A DNA stretch of 64,000 nt, from contig JACRCP010000150.1 of the NCBI GenBank assembly GCA_016218965.1, positions 12,316-76,315 of the forward strand, written 5' to 3'. The translations under genes were made by a program, and so were the position numbers. Below the pieces are notes generated by a model that did no database searches, was not told the DNA's origin, and worked only from the letters and a program-made list of their open reading frames with translations. Below are positions 1-9,250 of this stretch, piece by piece; within the stretch, counting starts at the first letter, position 1, and each line of letters opens with the position of its first letter. This DNA comes from Deltaproteobacteria bacterium (GTDB lineage: Bacteria; Myxococcota; SpSt-1050; JACRCP01).

Positions 1-3000
1 ACGAACGCCCCGGCGGGGCCGTGCGTCATCAGTCTTCTCAACCCCGGCGACGACCCGGGATGGGCCTCAAACCCCATAAGCATCCCATACAACAACTACA
101 ACCAACCCGACGAGATTGACCAGTTCAACTACCTCACGTCCACCGTGTACTCCGTGCTGCAGGCGCTGCTCTCGAAGGCCGGGAACGCCGGGCAGGTCGG
201 CCTGATGCTCAACAGCAACATGGGCAACGACTACCGTTACGGACTGTCGGTCTTCAACGACTGGATCGGCAGGGACGGCGACGGCGCGTGCATCCTGTAC
301 GTCAACGCCAACAACGGCATCAAGGACAGCTCGACTACCGATTGCACCTCGCCGGCCCAATGGGACAACGGCACGGACAAGCGCGTCACCGCCGCGTGCG
401 AGCTCGACAGGATTTTCCTTGACGAGGCCGGTTTGAACAAGCTCCCCAAGGAGTGGCGCCCGTACTCCGAGGCGGGGGTCGAAATGTGGGAGTACTTCCA
501 CGGGGTGTACCCCATTTACTGCATCAAGCCGGCCGCCGTCTACCCGACGCCGTGGGGGAACGGGGACGCGACGAACATCCAGTACGATCTGGCGAACCAG
601 TCGCAGGTCGCCGTCAACGCCTTCACCCTGATGCTGGCCCTGGGCGCCCCCTCGCGGGAAGACGCCTACGCCGATTCAAACGGCGACAACGCCACGGTTG
701 ACTCCGTCGTCACGTACCCCAACGGCGGGACGCACTGGCTCGACGACGTCATGCTCAACACGTACCGGTACGACGGGATCCCCGACCCCGAGCAGGTGTA
801 CATAAACGCGGGCTTCCCCGACGCCACCTGGAAGGCGGGGTTTGCGCGGAAGTGCCAGTATCTCGGCTGGGCGAACAACCCCCCGCCCCCGTTCGGCGAC
901 GGCGCGGCGCGGAGCATCCTTGACCGCCAGGTCAACTGCACGCGGCAGACGGCCGCCACCGACGTGATATCGTTCGAGTACTACAACCCGCTCTTCGAGC
1001 TGACCGCCGCGCAGGCCGGGGGGCGCTACTGGCCCGTCTGGATCGACCCGAACATCGTCCCCGCGCCGACCAACGTGCAGATGAACGAGATCGTAGGCTA
1101 CGACTGCACCGCGCTCGCCGGCCCCCCCACTCCGGCGCCCAACGCGGCGTGCTGGACGGGGCTTTCGAAGGGGATCGTGACGTACCTGAGCACCGTCTGG
1201 AACCGAAACGTGAACATCAACAGGGCCTACGCAATCCCGACTCCCATCGCCGACATAGACCGGTACCATTCGTTCGACTGCGGGGCAAACCGCTACATCG
1301 TTTCCTCGTTCGTCCCCACGCAGGGCGCCAGGTTCGAGGGACACCTAAAGGCATATCCGTTCGGAGACCAGGGCACCGACGCGTTGGCCTGTCCCCTGCC
1401 CGTCATCCAGACCGTGGCAAATGACGTCCTCGAGGACAGCACGCCGCAGTATTCTTCGGGGGGCATGCTCAACTCGAACAACGTCGCCTGGGACGCGGCC
1501 TGGATGCTCCTCTCGAGCACCTACCAGCGCAGGGTCTTCACGTCCACCGTGGCCGGCGGCGTGTACACTCGCAGGGATTTCACCGACGACGCGAACATCA
1601 CGCCCGCGCTCCTCAATCTTTCGTCCGCCACAAGCGGCCTCCCATACGCCCTGTCGGAGAACGCGAAACGCGACAAGGTCCAGGAGGTGGTCATGCAGGG
1701 CACCTTCTCGTACTGGGAAGGCGGCTCGCGGCTCACGTCGTGGGTATTGGGCGACATCTACCATTCGCAGCCGGTGGTGGTCGGGAGGCCCAATCCGTAC
1801 TACTCCGACATCAACATCACCGACCTCAACATGAACGTGTACACCTCCGACCCGGCCTACGGCAACTTCGTCGACAACCAAAAGAACAGAACAAAGCTTG
1901 TGGTCGCCGGCGCCAACGACGGGTCGCTGCACGCATTCTACGGGGGACGGTGCATGCCGGAGCCGCTCACGCCGGGCCAGTGCAAGTACACGCCCACGGC
2001 CGACGACGGCAAAGAAGTCTGGGCATACGTCCCCAACGCGCTCCTCACGTCGGTGAAGTACAACGTCCCGGGCTGGAGCCTGGCCGACGCGCAGTGGGCC
2101 GCGGGCGAGGCGATGACCTCGAGCATCGTCAACAGGCCGTTCGGCGTCGACGGAAGCCCCGCGGTCGCCGACGTCTGGATCAACCAGGACCTCGTCAATC
2201 CGCCGGTCAAGGACTGCAACATGGGCGACCTCTACAACGTCTGCGAGTGGAAGACGTATCTTGCCGGCGGACTCGGGCTGGGCGGAAAAGGGGTGTACTT
2301 CCTGGACATCGGCGAGGTCGGGGCGACATTTGCCGGCCGGGTCGACCCGAAAGTCGTGAGCGAGTTCACGTACGGGAACGTGGGCTTCAAGCAGAGCGAG
2401 TACCTCGGCTACACCACGTCCGACCCCATCATCGGGAAGGTCAAGGTCTGCAACAACGACCTAAGCTGCAACGCCGGGTCGCAGCGCGAGCTCTGGGTGG
2501 CCATGTTCGGCGGCGGCTACGCGCCCGAGAGCGACCCCACCGACGTCAACGACTCGTACGACGCCGCGGCGAAGGGCGGACGGGCGTTTATCGTCGTCAA
2601 CCTCCGGACCGGAAACAAGGTCTTTGAGTTCAACCAGGCCGACGACGCCGCGATGGAGTTCGCGCTTGCCGCGCCGCCAAAGGCGCTTGACTCGAACGGC
2701 GACGCCTACATCGACGCCGTCTACGTGGGCGACCTCGGCGGCCAGCTCTGGCGGTTCGACATGAGCCAGTACGGCGGCACCAACGCCGACATCACGCCGT
2801 TCAACTCGACCGCGCAGGTCAAGAAATGCGACCCGGCCAACCTCGCTGACACAAACTGCTGGCGCGGGCAGCGCCTGTTTGCGGCGCCGCAGCCCGTCCA
2901 GAAGGGCAACCCCAAACCCTGTTCGTTCAGGAACTGCAAAAACTGCGTCGGGTGCGGCGGCGCCCTTGCCTGCAACACAAAAGTGGGCAAGCTCCGGTGC

Positions 3001-3750
3001 GCAAAGAACTGCGCGGTCTGCAACGCCGTGGCGTGGACCCCGTTCTGGACCGCCCCCGCGGTGGCAAAGAATACGTTCGGTCAGGTCTACCTGTTTGTCG
3101 GGACCGGGGACAGGACCAACATCATGTCGTACCTCGCCCCGCCCGCCGGCACGCCTGAGCGTCTGTACGGCATGCGCGACGCGCTCAGGGGCGCGCCGAC
3201 CGACCCCGCCAACCCCGCCCTTTGCGAAAACGGCGACGGGACATGTGCGGCGCCGGCGTTCCCGAGGTTAAACGAGGTCGTGGCGGCCAATTCCCCGTTT
3301 TTCGAGTCCGGCTGGTTCAGGAAGCTCCCTCAGGGCGAGAAGGTCCTGTCCCCCGCCGCGGCCGCGGGGTTCAACGTGTTCTTCACCGTCTTCAGCCCGC
3401 TCAGCAACGCCGCAACGTGGGTGCAGGAACGGCAGTACCTCGGCGACGCCAAGCTCTACGCGACGGACTTCATGTCCGGCGGGTCCCCCGACATCCAGAC
3501 GGCCAAACAGACCCCGGCCAATTTCTGGCAGGGCTTCAAGATCGGCCGCGACGTACCCAGCGCCCCCAAGATCGTGGCGCGGCCGTCCGACTACTCGAAC
3601 CCCGCAAGCCCCAAGGACGCTCAGACATCCATCGTGATTCACACCGGGGCGGGGGAGGTGCAGCAGATCCGCTCGCCGGGAAGCGCCTCGGGCCGGAGCG
3701 GCCTCTTGCCGCCGGTTTCGAGAGTCATATACTGGAGGGAGACGATGTAA
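1..3750 (+). CDS. pilY1: PilY1/PilC-type type IV pilus tip adhesin, 5'-truncated by the window edge
   Basis: Frame open from base 1. PilY1 beta-propeller motifs LGDIYHSQPVVVG, VAGANDGSLHAF, EVWAYVP, FGVDGSPAVADV, AGGLGLGGKG, FGGGY and Ca-loop DSNGDAYIDAVYVGDLGGQLWRFD; ends in IYWRE. Confidence 0.88.
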   Translation, partial: TNAPAGPCVISLLNPGDDPGWASNPISIPYNNYNQPDEIDQFNYLTSTVYSVLQALLSKAGNAGQVGLMLNSNMGNDYRYGLSVFNDWIGRDGDGACILYVNANNGIKDSSTTDCTSPAQWDNGTDKRVTAACELDRIFLDEAGLNKLPKEWRPYSEAGVEMWEYFHGVYPIYCIKPAAVYPTPWGNGDATNIQYDLANQSQVAVNAFTLMLALGAPSREDAYADSNGDNATVDSVVTYPNGGTHWLDDVMLNTYRYDGIPDPEQVYINAGFPDATWKAGFARKCQYLGWANNPPPPFGDGAARSILDRQVNCTRQTAATDVISFEYYNPLFELTAAQAGGRYWPVWIDPNIVPAPTNVQMNEIVGYDCTALAGPPTPAPNAACWTGLSKGIVTYLSTVWNRNVNINRAYAIPTPIADIDRYHSFDCGANRYIVSSFVPTQGARFEGHLKAYPFGDQGTDALACPLPVIQTVANDVLEDSTPQYSSGGMLNSNNVAWDAAWMLLSSTYQRRVFTSTVAGGVYTRRDFTDDANITPALLNLSSATSGLPYALSENAKRDKVQEVVMQGTFSYWEGGSRLTSWVLGDIYHSQPVVVGRPNPYYSDINITDLNMNVYTSDPAYGNFVDNQKNRTKLVVAGANDGSLHAFYGGRCMPEPLTPGQCKYTPTADDGKEVWAYVPNALLTSVKYNVPGWSLADAQWAAGEAMTSSIVNRPFGVDGSPAVADVWINQDLVNPPVKDCNMGDLYNVCEWKTYLAGGLGLGGKGVYFLDIGEVGATFAGRVDPKVVSEFTYGNVGFKQSEYLGYTTSDPIIGKVKVCNNDLSCNAGSQRELWVAMFGGGYAPESDPTDVNDSYDAAAKGGRAFIVVNLRTGNKVFEFNQADDAAMEFALAAPPKALDSNGDAYIDAVYVGDLGGQLWRFDMSQYGGTNADITPFNSTAQVKKCDPANLADTNCWRGQRLFAAPQPVQKGNPKPCSFRNCKNCVGCGGALACNTKVGKLRCAKNCAVCNAVAWTPFWTAPAVAKNTFGQVYLFVGTGDRTNIMSYLAPPAGTPERLYGMRDALRGAPTDPANPALCENGDGTCAAPAFPRLNEVVAANSPFFESGWFRKLPQGEKVLSPAAAAGFNVFFTVFSPLSNAATWVQERQYLGDAKLYATDFMSGGSPDIQTAKQTPANFWQGFKIGRDVPSAPKIVARPSDYSNPASPKDAQTSIVIHTGAGEVQQIRSPGSASGRSGLLPPVSRVIYWRETM

Positions 3751-3909
3751 GGGTTCGCGCAAAAATAAGTTCGCATTTATGGGCGTCGAAGCGCCCGGCC
3801 GGCGAGGCGCAAGGAGCGCCGCGTACCAGAGGTACGTAAGCGACGCGCAACGAAGTCGGACGGGATGCATCGGCGGTCAGAAATGTGAAGTTATTTTTGC
3901 GCGAGCCCT
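3750..3909. mobile_element. MITE / REP-like element with 29 bp terminal inverted repeats
   Basis: Left end AGGGTTCGCGCAAAAATAAGTTCGCATTT (3750-3778); right end reverse complement AGGGCTCGCGCAAAAATAACTTCACATTT (3881-3909), 3 mismatches. Internal palindrome CGTACC-AGA-GGTACG; no credible coding capacity. Confidence 0.75.
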
Positions 3910-5190
3910 ATGCCGCAGGAATGCCGACGCCTCGCCCACGAGGTACAGCGAACCGGAGACCAGAACCAGGCCTCCGGTTTTTTTTGCGCGCGCGGCGGCG
4001 CCCGCGACGGCCCGCGCGGCGTCCGGGGCGGTGACGGCGCCGCGGCCGGCACGCTCGAACTCCGCCGCCACGACCGCCGGATCGGCCGAACGGGAGGACC
4101 TGGGACAGACCACGACGACGTCCGAGACCGCGGGCGCCAGCACCGCGGCCATCCACGCGTAGTCCTTGTCCGAAAGCGCGCCGAACACTAGGTGGACCGG
4201 CCGGCACGGCGCCCGCTCGCGAAGCGTTTCGACAAGGGCACGGGCGCCATGGGGGTTGTGCGCGCCGTCCAACACCACCGGGGGATCGCCCGCCACGACC
4301 TCGAACCTCCCGGGCCACGATGCCGCAAGAAGCGCCGCCCGGACCTTCGCCTCGTCCGGTTCTACGCCCGCTGCGCCTGCGGCTGCCGCAAACGCCGCGA
4401 GCGCAAGCGATGCGTTCGCCGCCTGGTGCGGCCCCAAAAGCGAAAGCTCGATGCCCGCCACAGCCAGGCCGGGGCCGCGGTAGTCAAACACCTCGGGATC
4501 CAAAAGACCGGAGGCCGGCCTTCTCGCAAATGAGAACTCGCGCCCGGCAACGCAGAGCCGGGCGCCTTCGGTGGCGCACGCGGCGCCGATGACGGCGGCC
4601 GCGGCGGGTTCCTGCGCGGCCGACACGACCGGAATCCCCGGCCGGATGACCGCGGCCTTCTCCCGCGCGATGGACGCAAGGTCCGGCCCGAGCTCCGCCG
4701 TGTGGTCGAGGCCGACGGGCGTGATGACCGCGGCGATCGCGTCCGCCGTGTTCGTGGCGTCGAGCCGGCCGCCCATCCCCACCTCGAGCACGGCGAGGAG
4801 CACGCCCAGCCGCCTGAAGTGCTCGAAGGCGGCGAGTGTGAGGAACTCGAAATACGTGAGCGCATGGGCCTCGCCGGCGCGGCGAAGCCCCGCGACCAGC
4901 GCGTCGAGGCCGCCGTCGGAGATGTCGGTGCCGCAGTACGAGATGCGTTCGTTGACCCTGACCAGGTTGGGGGAAGTGTACAGCCCCGAGGGCACGCCGT
5001 GTTTGAGTGCCAGCGCGTAAAGGAGGCTCGAGACCGACCCCTTGCCGTTGGTCCCGGCGACGATGACGGGAAGGAACGCCCGCTCGGGGTGCCCGAGGTC
5101 GGCGCACGCCGCGCGCATACGGTCCAGCCCCAGCGAAACGCCGCGGCCCGCGAGCTTGTCAAGATATGCCTGCGTCTCTCGAAGGAGCAT
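3877..5190 (-). CDS. folC: Bifunctional folylpolyglutamate synthase/dihydrofolate synthase
   Basis: VAGTNGKGS, LYTSPNL, LTYFE, EVGMGGRLDATN, WPGRFE, LDGAHNP and SGSLYLVG motifs. Confidence 0.95.
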   Translation of the reverse strand: MLLRETQAYLDKLAGRGVSLGLDRMRAACADLGHPERAFLPVIVAGTNGKGSVSSLLYALALKHGVPSGLYTSPNLVRVNERISYCGTDISDGGLDALVAGLRRAGEAHALTYFEFLTLAAFEHFRRLGVLLAVLEVGMGGRLDATNTADAIAAVITPVGLDHTAELGPDLASIAREKAAVIRPGIPVVSAAQEPAAAAVIGAACATEGARLCVAGREFSFARRPASGLLDPEVFDYRGPGLAVAGIELSLLGPHQAANASLALAAFAAAAGAAGVEPDEAKVRAALLAASWPGRFEVVAGDPPVVLDGAHNPHGARALVETLRERAPCRPVHLVFGALSDKDYAWMAAVLAPAVSDVVVVCPRSSRSADPAVVAAEFERAGRGAVTAPDAARAVAGAAARAKKTGGLVLVSGSLYLVGEASAFLRHRARAKITSHF

Positions 5191-5233
5191 TGCAACCCGA
5201 ACCCTCAGCCGCGGCCATCCGGTTTCTCCGCGA

Positions 5234-5998
5234 TCAGAACGTGAACGTGTCGCCGGGCGAGAGCGGGTAGATCTCGGCGCGCCCGACGCGGTGGAGCTGA
5301 GCGCGGAGCGCGCGCGCGAACGCCGGTTTGAAGTGGTAGAGAAACACGGGGATGTCCCGGCGTTCGAGCTTCCGGAGCTCGGCGCCCAGCCGCCGGGGTG
5401 TCATGTGCCCGCTGATTTTCGCCACCTCGATCTGTTCGTCGGGAAACGAAAGCTCGACCATCGCGAACCGGAGGTTCTCGGTGCGGTTCAACTCTTTCCA
5501 GAAACGCGTGGTCGGACCCGTGTCCCCGCTCATGGCGAACGCCCCGGACCGGCCTTTCACGATGAACCCCATGGACTCGACGGGGTGCGCAACCGGGACC
5601 GGAAGGACCGAAAGCCCGGCGACCTCAAACGCATGCCCCGGCCTGAAAACCTTGAGCGCAAACGTCGGGTTTTTCCTGGAGGGGATGCGCGTGAAATCGG
5701 GCCAGAGCCGGTCGTTGAAAAAGAACTTCCGGATGGCCTCTATGGTCCTTGGCGAGCCGTGAATGGTCACGGGCCGCCTGCGCCGCCCGGCCACCACGTC
5801 GGCCATCATCGCGAGGTCCTTGATATGGTCGAAGTGCGAGTGGGAGACGACAATGTCGTCAATCTCGACCTGCTGGTCTATCGTCAGGTTCGAAACCAGC
5901 GCCCCCGCGTCAATCAGCAGGCGCTCGCCGACCTGCACGCACGTCGTCTTGAGATCCAAAAGCTCGCCGCCGTGGCAATCCAGCACCCTGATCTGCAT
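5234..5998 (-). CDS. Class II (metallo-beta-lactamase fold) 3',5'-cyclic nucleotide phosphodiesterase
   Basis: LLIDAG, SHSHFDHIKD (HxHxDH), FFNDRLWPDF, AHPVES and SGDTGP; lies downstream of a cyclase and a CRP-like gene. Confidence 0.8.
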   Translation of the reverse strand: MQIRVLDCHGGELLDLKTTCVQVGERLLIDAGALVSNLTIDQQVEIDDIVVSHSHFDHIKDLAMMADVVAGRRRRPVTIHGSPRTIEAIRKFFFNDRLWPDFTRIPSRKNPTFALKVFRPGHAFEVAGLSVLPVPVAHPVESMGFIVKGRSGAFAMSGDTGPTTRFWKELNRTENLRFAMVELSFPDEQIEVAKISGHMTPRRLGAELRKLERRDIPVFLYHFKPAFARALRAQLHRVGRAEIYPLSPGDTFTF

Positions 5999-6018
5999 GC
6001 GACTCTCCGCGGGAAGGG

Positions 6019-6654
6019 TCAGTACTCGCCGAACTTCTGCTTCATCTCGAGGAACTCGAGGTACTTGCGCAGCATCTCGGCCGATTGGACGTTAAAACCC
6101 CCGTCCGCCGCCGCGACCAGCCCCTTTTTGGCGAGCTTGTCCATCACCTCGCGGACGCTTGACTCCTCGAGCCCCAGCCAGCCGCACATCGCGGCCACGT
6201 CCGCCACCGACTGGCTGCGGGTCCCCTCGACCAGGTGGGCAAGGTAATGGACGATGCGGCTCTCGTGGTCCTTCAAGAGGAGGTTCTCAATCTGCGCGTC
6301 GGCCTCCTCGAGCCGGGCGGCCAGCTTCTTGATAAACCGGAACGCAATCTCGGTGTTGGCGAGAAGCATCTTCTCGAAGACCTCGGGCTCGATCACGAGG
6401 ACCTTCGCCTCCTCGACGACGGTGGCCGTCGCGATGCGGGGACGGTTGTTGATGAACGACATCTCGCCGAAAAACTCGCCCGGTTCCGCGAGGATGTCGA
6501 GAAGCTTCTCGATCTCGCGGATGCGCTTCGAGATCTTCACCTTACCCGACTGGAGGATGAACACGTCGCGCGTGGTTTCGCCCTCGCGGAACAGGACGGT
6601 GTCGGCCGGGAACGACTTCCCGAATTTCTGAAACAGCTGCTCGTTGACGTCCAT
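6019..6654 (-). CDS. Crp/Fnr-family cyclic nucleotide-binding regulator
   Basis: LFREGE, GKVKISK and phosphate-binding cassette GEFFGEMSFINNRPRIATA; winged-HTH-like C-terminus. Confidence 0.88.
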   Translation of the reverse strand: MDVNEQLFQKFGKSFPADTVLFREGETTRDVFILQSGKVKISKRIREIEKLLDILAEPGEFFGEMSFINNRPRIATATVVEEAKVLVIEPEVFEKMLLANTEIAFRFIKKLAARLEEADAQIENLLLKDHESRIVHYLAHLVEGTRSQSVADVAAMCGWLGLEESSVREVMDKLAKKGLVAAADGGFNVQSAEMLRKYLEFLEMKQKFGEY

Positions 6655-6670
6655 CCGAATTCCCTCATGC

Positions 6671-8953
6671 CTACTTCGTCTTCATCACCCACACGCCGTC
6701 CCAGTCGGCGTCGGGGGCGTTTTCCTTGAGATACTCGATCCGCTCGAGGTACCGTTTTGACGGCGGGTCCCCGCCGGGCCGCATCCCGTCGGATTTGGCG
6801 AAGAGCGCCGCCGCCGCCTCCCACTTCTGCGTGCGGAACGCCTTGAGCCCATCCTCGAAGGTCGAGATGTACGTCTGCTGCTCTGGGGTGGGCATCCCGC
6901 GTGAAACGAGTTCGAATGTCTTCACCGGCTCCTTCTTGCCCTTGACCCGGATGAGGTCGAGCTCGCGGACCGCGAACTGCCCGGCGATCTGCGCCTGCGT
7001 GAACTCGGAGATGATGATGTTGGTCCCGTACTCCTTGTTGACGCCCTCCAGACGGCTCCCCAGGTTCACGTTGTCGCCGATGACCGTGTACTCGAACTTG
7101 ACGTCCGAGCCCATGTTCCCCACGATCATCTCGCCCGTGTTGATCCCGATGCCGATGTTGATCTCGGGAAGCCCCCGTTCCTTCCAGGACGCCCGGAGGA
7201 CCTTGAGCTCGTCCATCATGTCGAGCGCGGTCGCGCAGCAGCGGGCCGCGTGATCGGGCTGATCCAGCGGCGCGCCGAAGATGGCCATGATGGCGTCGCC
7301 CATGTACTTGTCGAGCGTCCCCTCGTGCTTGAAGACCAGGTTCGTCATGGGCGTCAGGTACTCGTTTAGCTGGTGGACGAGCTGTTCCGGCTTGAGCTTC
7401 TCGGAGATGCTGGTGAACCCCCGGATGTCCGAAAAGAACACCGTGAGCACCTTCTTCTGCCCGCCGAGCTGGAGCTTGGTCGGGTCGCGGAGCACTTCCT
7501 CGACGACCGACTTGGTCACGTAGGTCGAGAACGTTTTCCGGATCCGCGTCTTGTCGCGCTCTTCGGTGAAGTAGCGGAAGACCGATATCCCGATCAGAAG
7601 GATCACCGCCTGGAGGCCCTGGAGGAGGATCTTCGTGTGTAACCCGTTCTTGTAGAAAAGCTGGAAGTCGACCACGAAGAAGGCCAGCGTGATGACCACC
7701 ACGAGTATCGCACCGTACTGAAGCTTCAGGCGCGTGAGAAGAAGCCCGAAGACGACACCGAGGACCAGCATGATGACGAGCTCGAGCACTATGATCATGT
7801 TCGGCCGGGTTTGAAAATCCTCCGAAAGGATGTTCTCGATGACGTTGGCGTGGATCTCGACCCCGGGGTACCCCTCGGACTCGAACGGCGTCGGCCGGAG
7901 GTCGAACACGCCCACCGTCGTCACCCCGAAGAGCACTATCTTGTCCTTGAGATCCTCGGCCCTGACGGCGCCGTTCCAGACGTCGACCGCGCTCAGGTGC
8001 CGGAACGTCTTGCTGGGACCGTAGTATTTCACGATGAACCTGAGCGTGTCGTCCAGCGGTATCTCCTTGTCGCCCACCATGAGCTTGGCCATCTTGCCCT
8101 CTTCGAGGGCGGCCTGGGTGCCGATGTCAACCTTGATGTTTCCGTTGAGCGCCACCTGCAGGGTCGCCAGGGACAGCGACGGATAGAAGTTGTCGGCGAA
8201 CTTGAAGAACATCGGCACCGAGCGGTACAGCCCGTCGCGGTCCGGAATCTGGTTGAAATAACCCATGCGGGACGAGCCTGCGGACACCTCGGGTATGTTG
8301 ACTCGGACGCCGACCATGGTCGGCACGCTCACGGGGGCGTTCGGCGAGATGCGCACGATGTTGATGCGGGACGGCTCGACCACCTTCACCCCGTCGAGGT
8401 AGCTGCTCTTCTCGAGGCTCCGCACCTCTTCTTCCTGGGTGAAGAAAAAATAGCCCAGCACGGCCGGCGATTTGGACAGGGCCTCGCCGAACCTCGTGTC
8501 ATTGACCCCGCACCCGTAGGTCTCGTCGACTTCCTTCTCGAGCGCCGCCGCCTTCTCGGGCCCCTCGACGGCGGCCAGCCGCCCGAATATGCGCCGGCAG
8601 GCGACGTCGCTCGTGTCTGGTTCCGCATAGATGATATCGAACCCGACCACCTTGACACCGGCGGCCGTCAGCTTCTCCATGATATCGGCGAAGACCTTGT
8701 GCGACCACGGCCACTGCCCGAAGGTCCCCATGCTCTTTTCGTCCGCGGCCAGGATGACCACGCGCTCGCTGTGCGGCATCTTCCCGCGCACGTTGAGCTT
8801 GGAGTCGAGAACCTTCATCTCGACCAGATCCAGGAAATCAGTGAGAAAGTTGTCCCTGAACCGCCCCAGGTCCAGCGAGCCCTTGAGCAGGCAGAACCCG
8901 AGCGTGATGGCGAGCGCCAGCTTGAATCCCGTGAACTTGAGCAGATCCCGCAC
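6671..8953 (-). CDS. CHASE2-domain class III adenylate cyclase
   Basis: CHASE2 motifs (GQWPW, VVGFDI, DRDGLYR, PGVEIHAN), 3 TM segments, catalytic FSDIRGFT, DKYMGDAIMA, EYTVIGDNVNLGSRLE; Lys/Thr specificity residues favour ATP. GTG 8953 preferred over ATG 8980 because a GGGGAGG SD precedes it and TATAAT overlaps the ATG. Confidence 0.92.
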   Translation of the reverse strand: MRDLLKFTGFKLALAITLGFCLLKGSLDLGRFRDNFLTDFLDLVEMKVLDSKLNVRGKMPHSERVVILAADEKSMGTFGQWPWSHKVFADIMEKLTAAGVKVVGFDIIYAEPDTSDVACRRIFGRLAAVEGPEKAAALEKEVDETYGCGVNDTRFGEALSKSPAVLGYFFFTQEEEVRSLEKSSYLDGVKVVEPSRINIVRISPNAPVSVPTMVGVRVNIPEVSAGSSRMGYFNQIPDRDGLYRSVPMFFKFADNFYPSLSLATLQVALNGNIKVDIGTQAALEEGKMAKLMVGDKEIPLDDTLRFIVKYYGPSKTFRHLSAVDVWNGAVRAEDLKDKIVLFGVTTVGVFDLRPTPFESEGYPGVEIHANVIENILSEDFQTRPNMIIVLELVIMLVLGVVFGLLLTRLKLQYGAILVVVITLAFFVVDFQLFYKNGLHTKILLQGLQAVILLIGISVFRYFTEERDKTRIRKTFSTYVTKSVVEEVLRDPTKLQLGGQKKVLTVFFSDIRGFTSISEKLKPEQLVHQLNEYLTPMTNLVFKHEGTLDKYMGDAIMAIFGAPLDQPDHAARCCATALDMMDELKVLRASWKERGLPEINIGIGINTGEMIVGNMGSDVKFEYTVIGDNVNLGSRLEGVNKEYGTNIIISEFTQAQIAGQFAVRELDLIRVKGKKEPVKTFELVSRGMPTPEQQTYISTFEDGLKAFRTQKWEAAAALFAKSDGMRPGGDPPSKRYLERIEYLKENAPDADWDGVWVMKTK

Positions 8954-8978
8954 GAATCCCCTCCCCGAAGGTGCGCGC

Positions 8979-9007
8979 ATTATACGGTCCGGTGCCCCTC
9001 AAGTAAA
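8979..9007 (-). promoter_or_regulatory. sigma70-type promoter of the cAMP operon
   Basis: Minus strand TTTACT-17 bp-TATAAT. Confidence 0.55.
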
Positions 9008-9250
9008 GAACAATGAACCGCGTTTTGTGATCATTCGGTCTTGGGTGGGGGACGGGTTTCCCGGAGCGGCGTGTTTTCGGCAACCGCCGGGCAAAGTTAG
9101 ATGATGACGCATCGGAAACTGACGCGCAGGGGAAGCCGGCCCCCATCCGAGACTGAATCCTTACCGCGTTTTGTGTTGCGTTTGGCGGAGCGTTTGTATA
9201 ATATCCGCGTCCGTCGCGCGGGGCGCCTGACGGAAAAAACGGGGTAAGAA

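Noticed and set aside
9024..9041. TGTGA upstream of the cyclase promoter as a CRP box
   Set aside because: Only a half-site; no TCACA at the required spacing.
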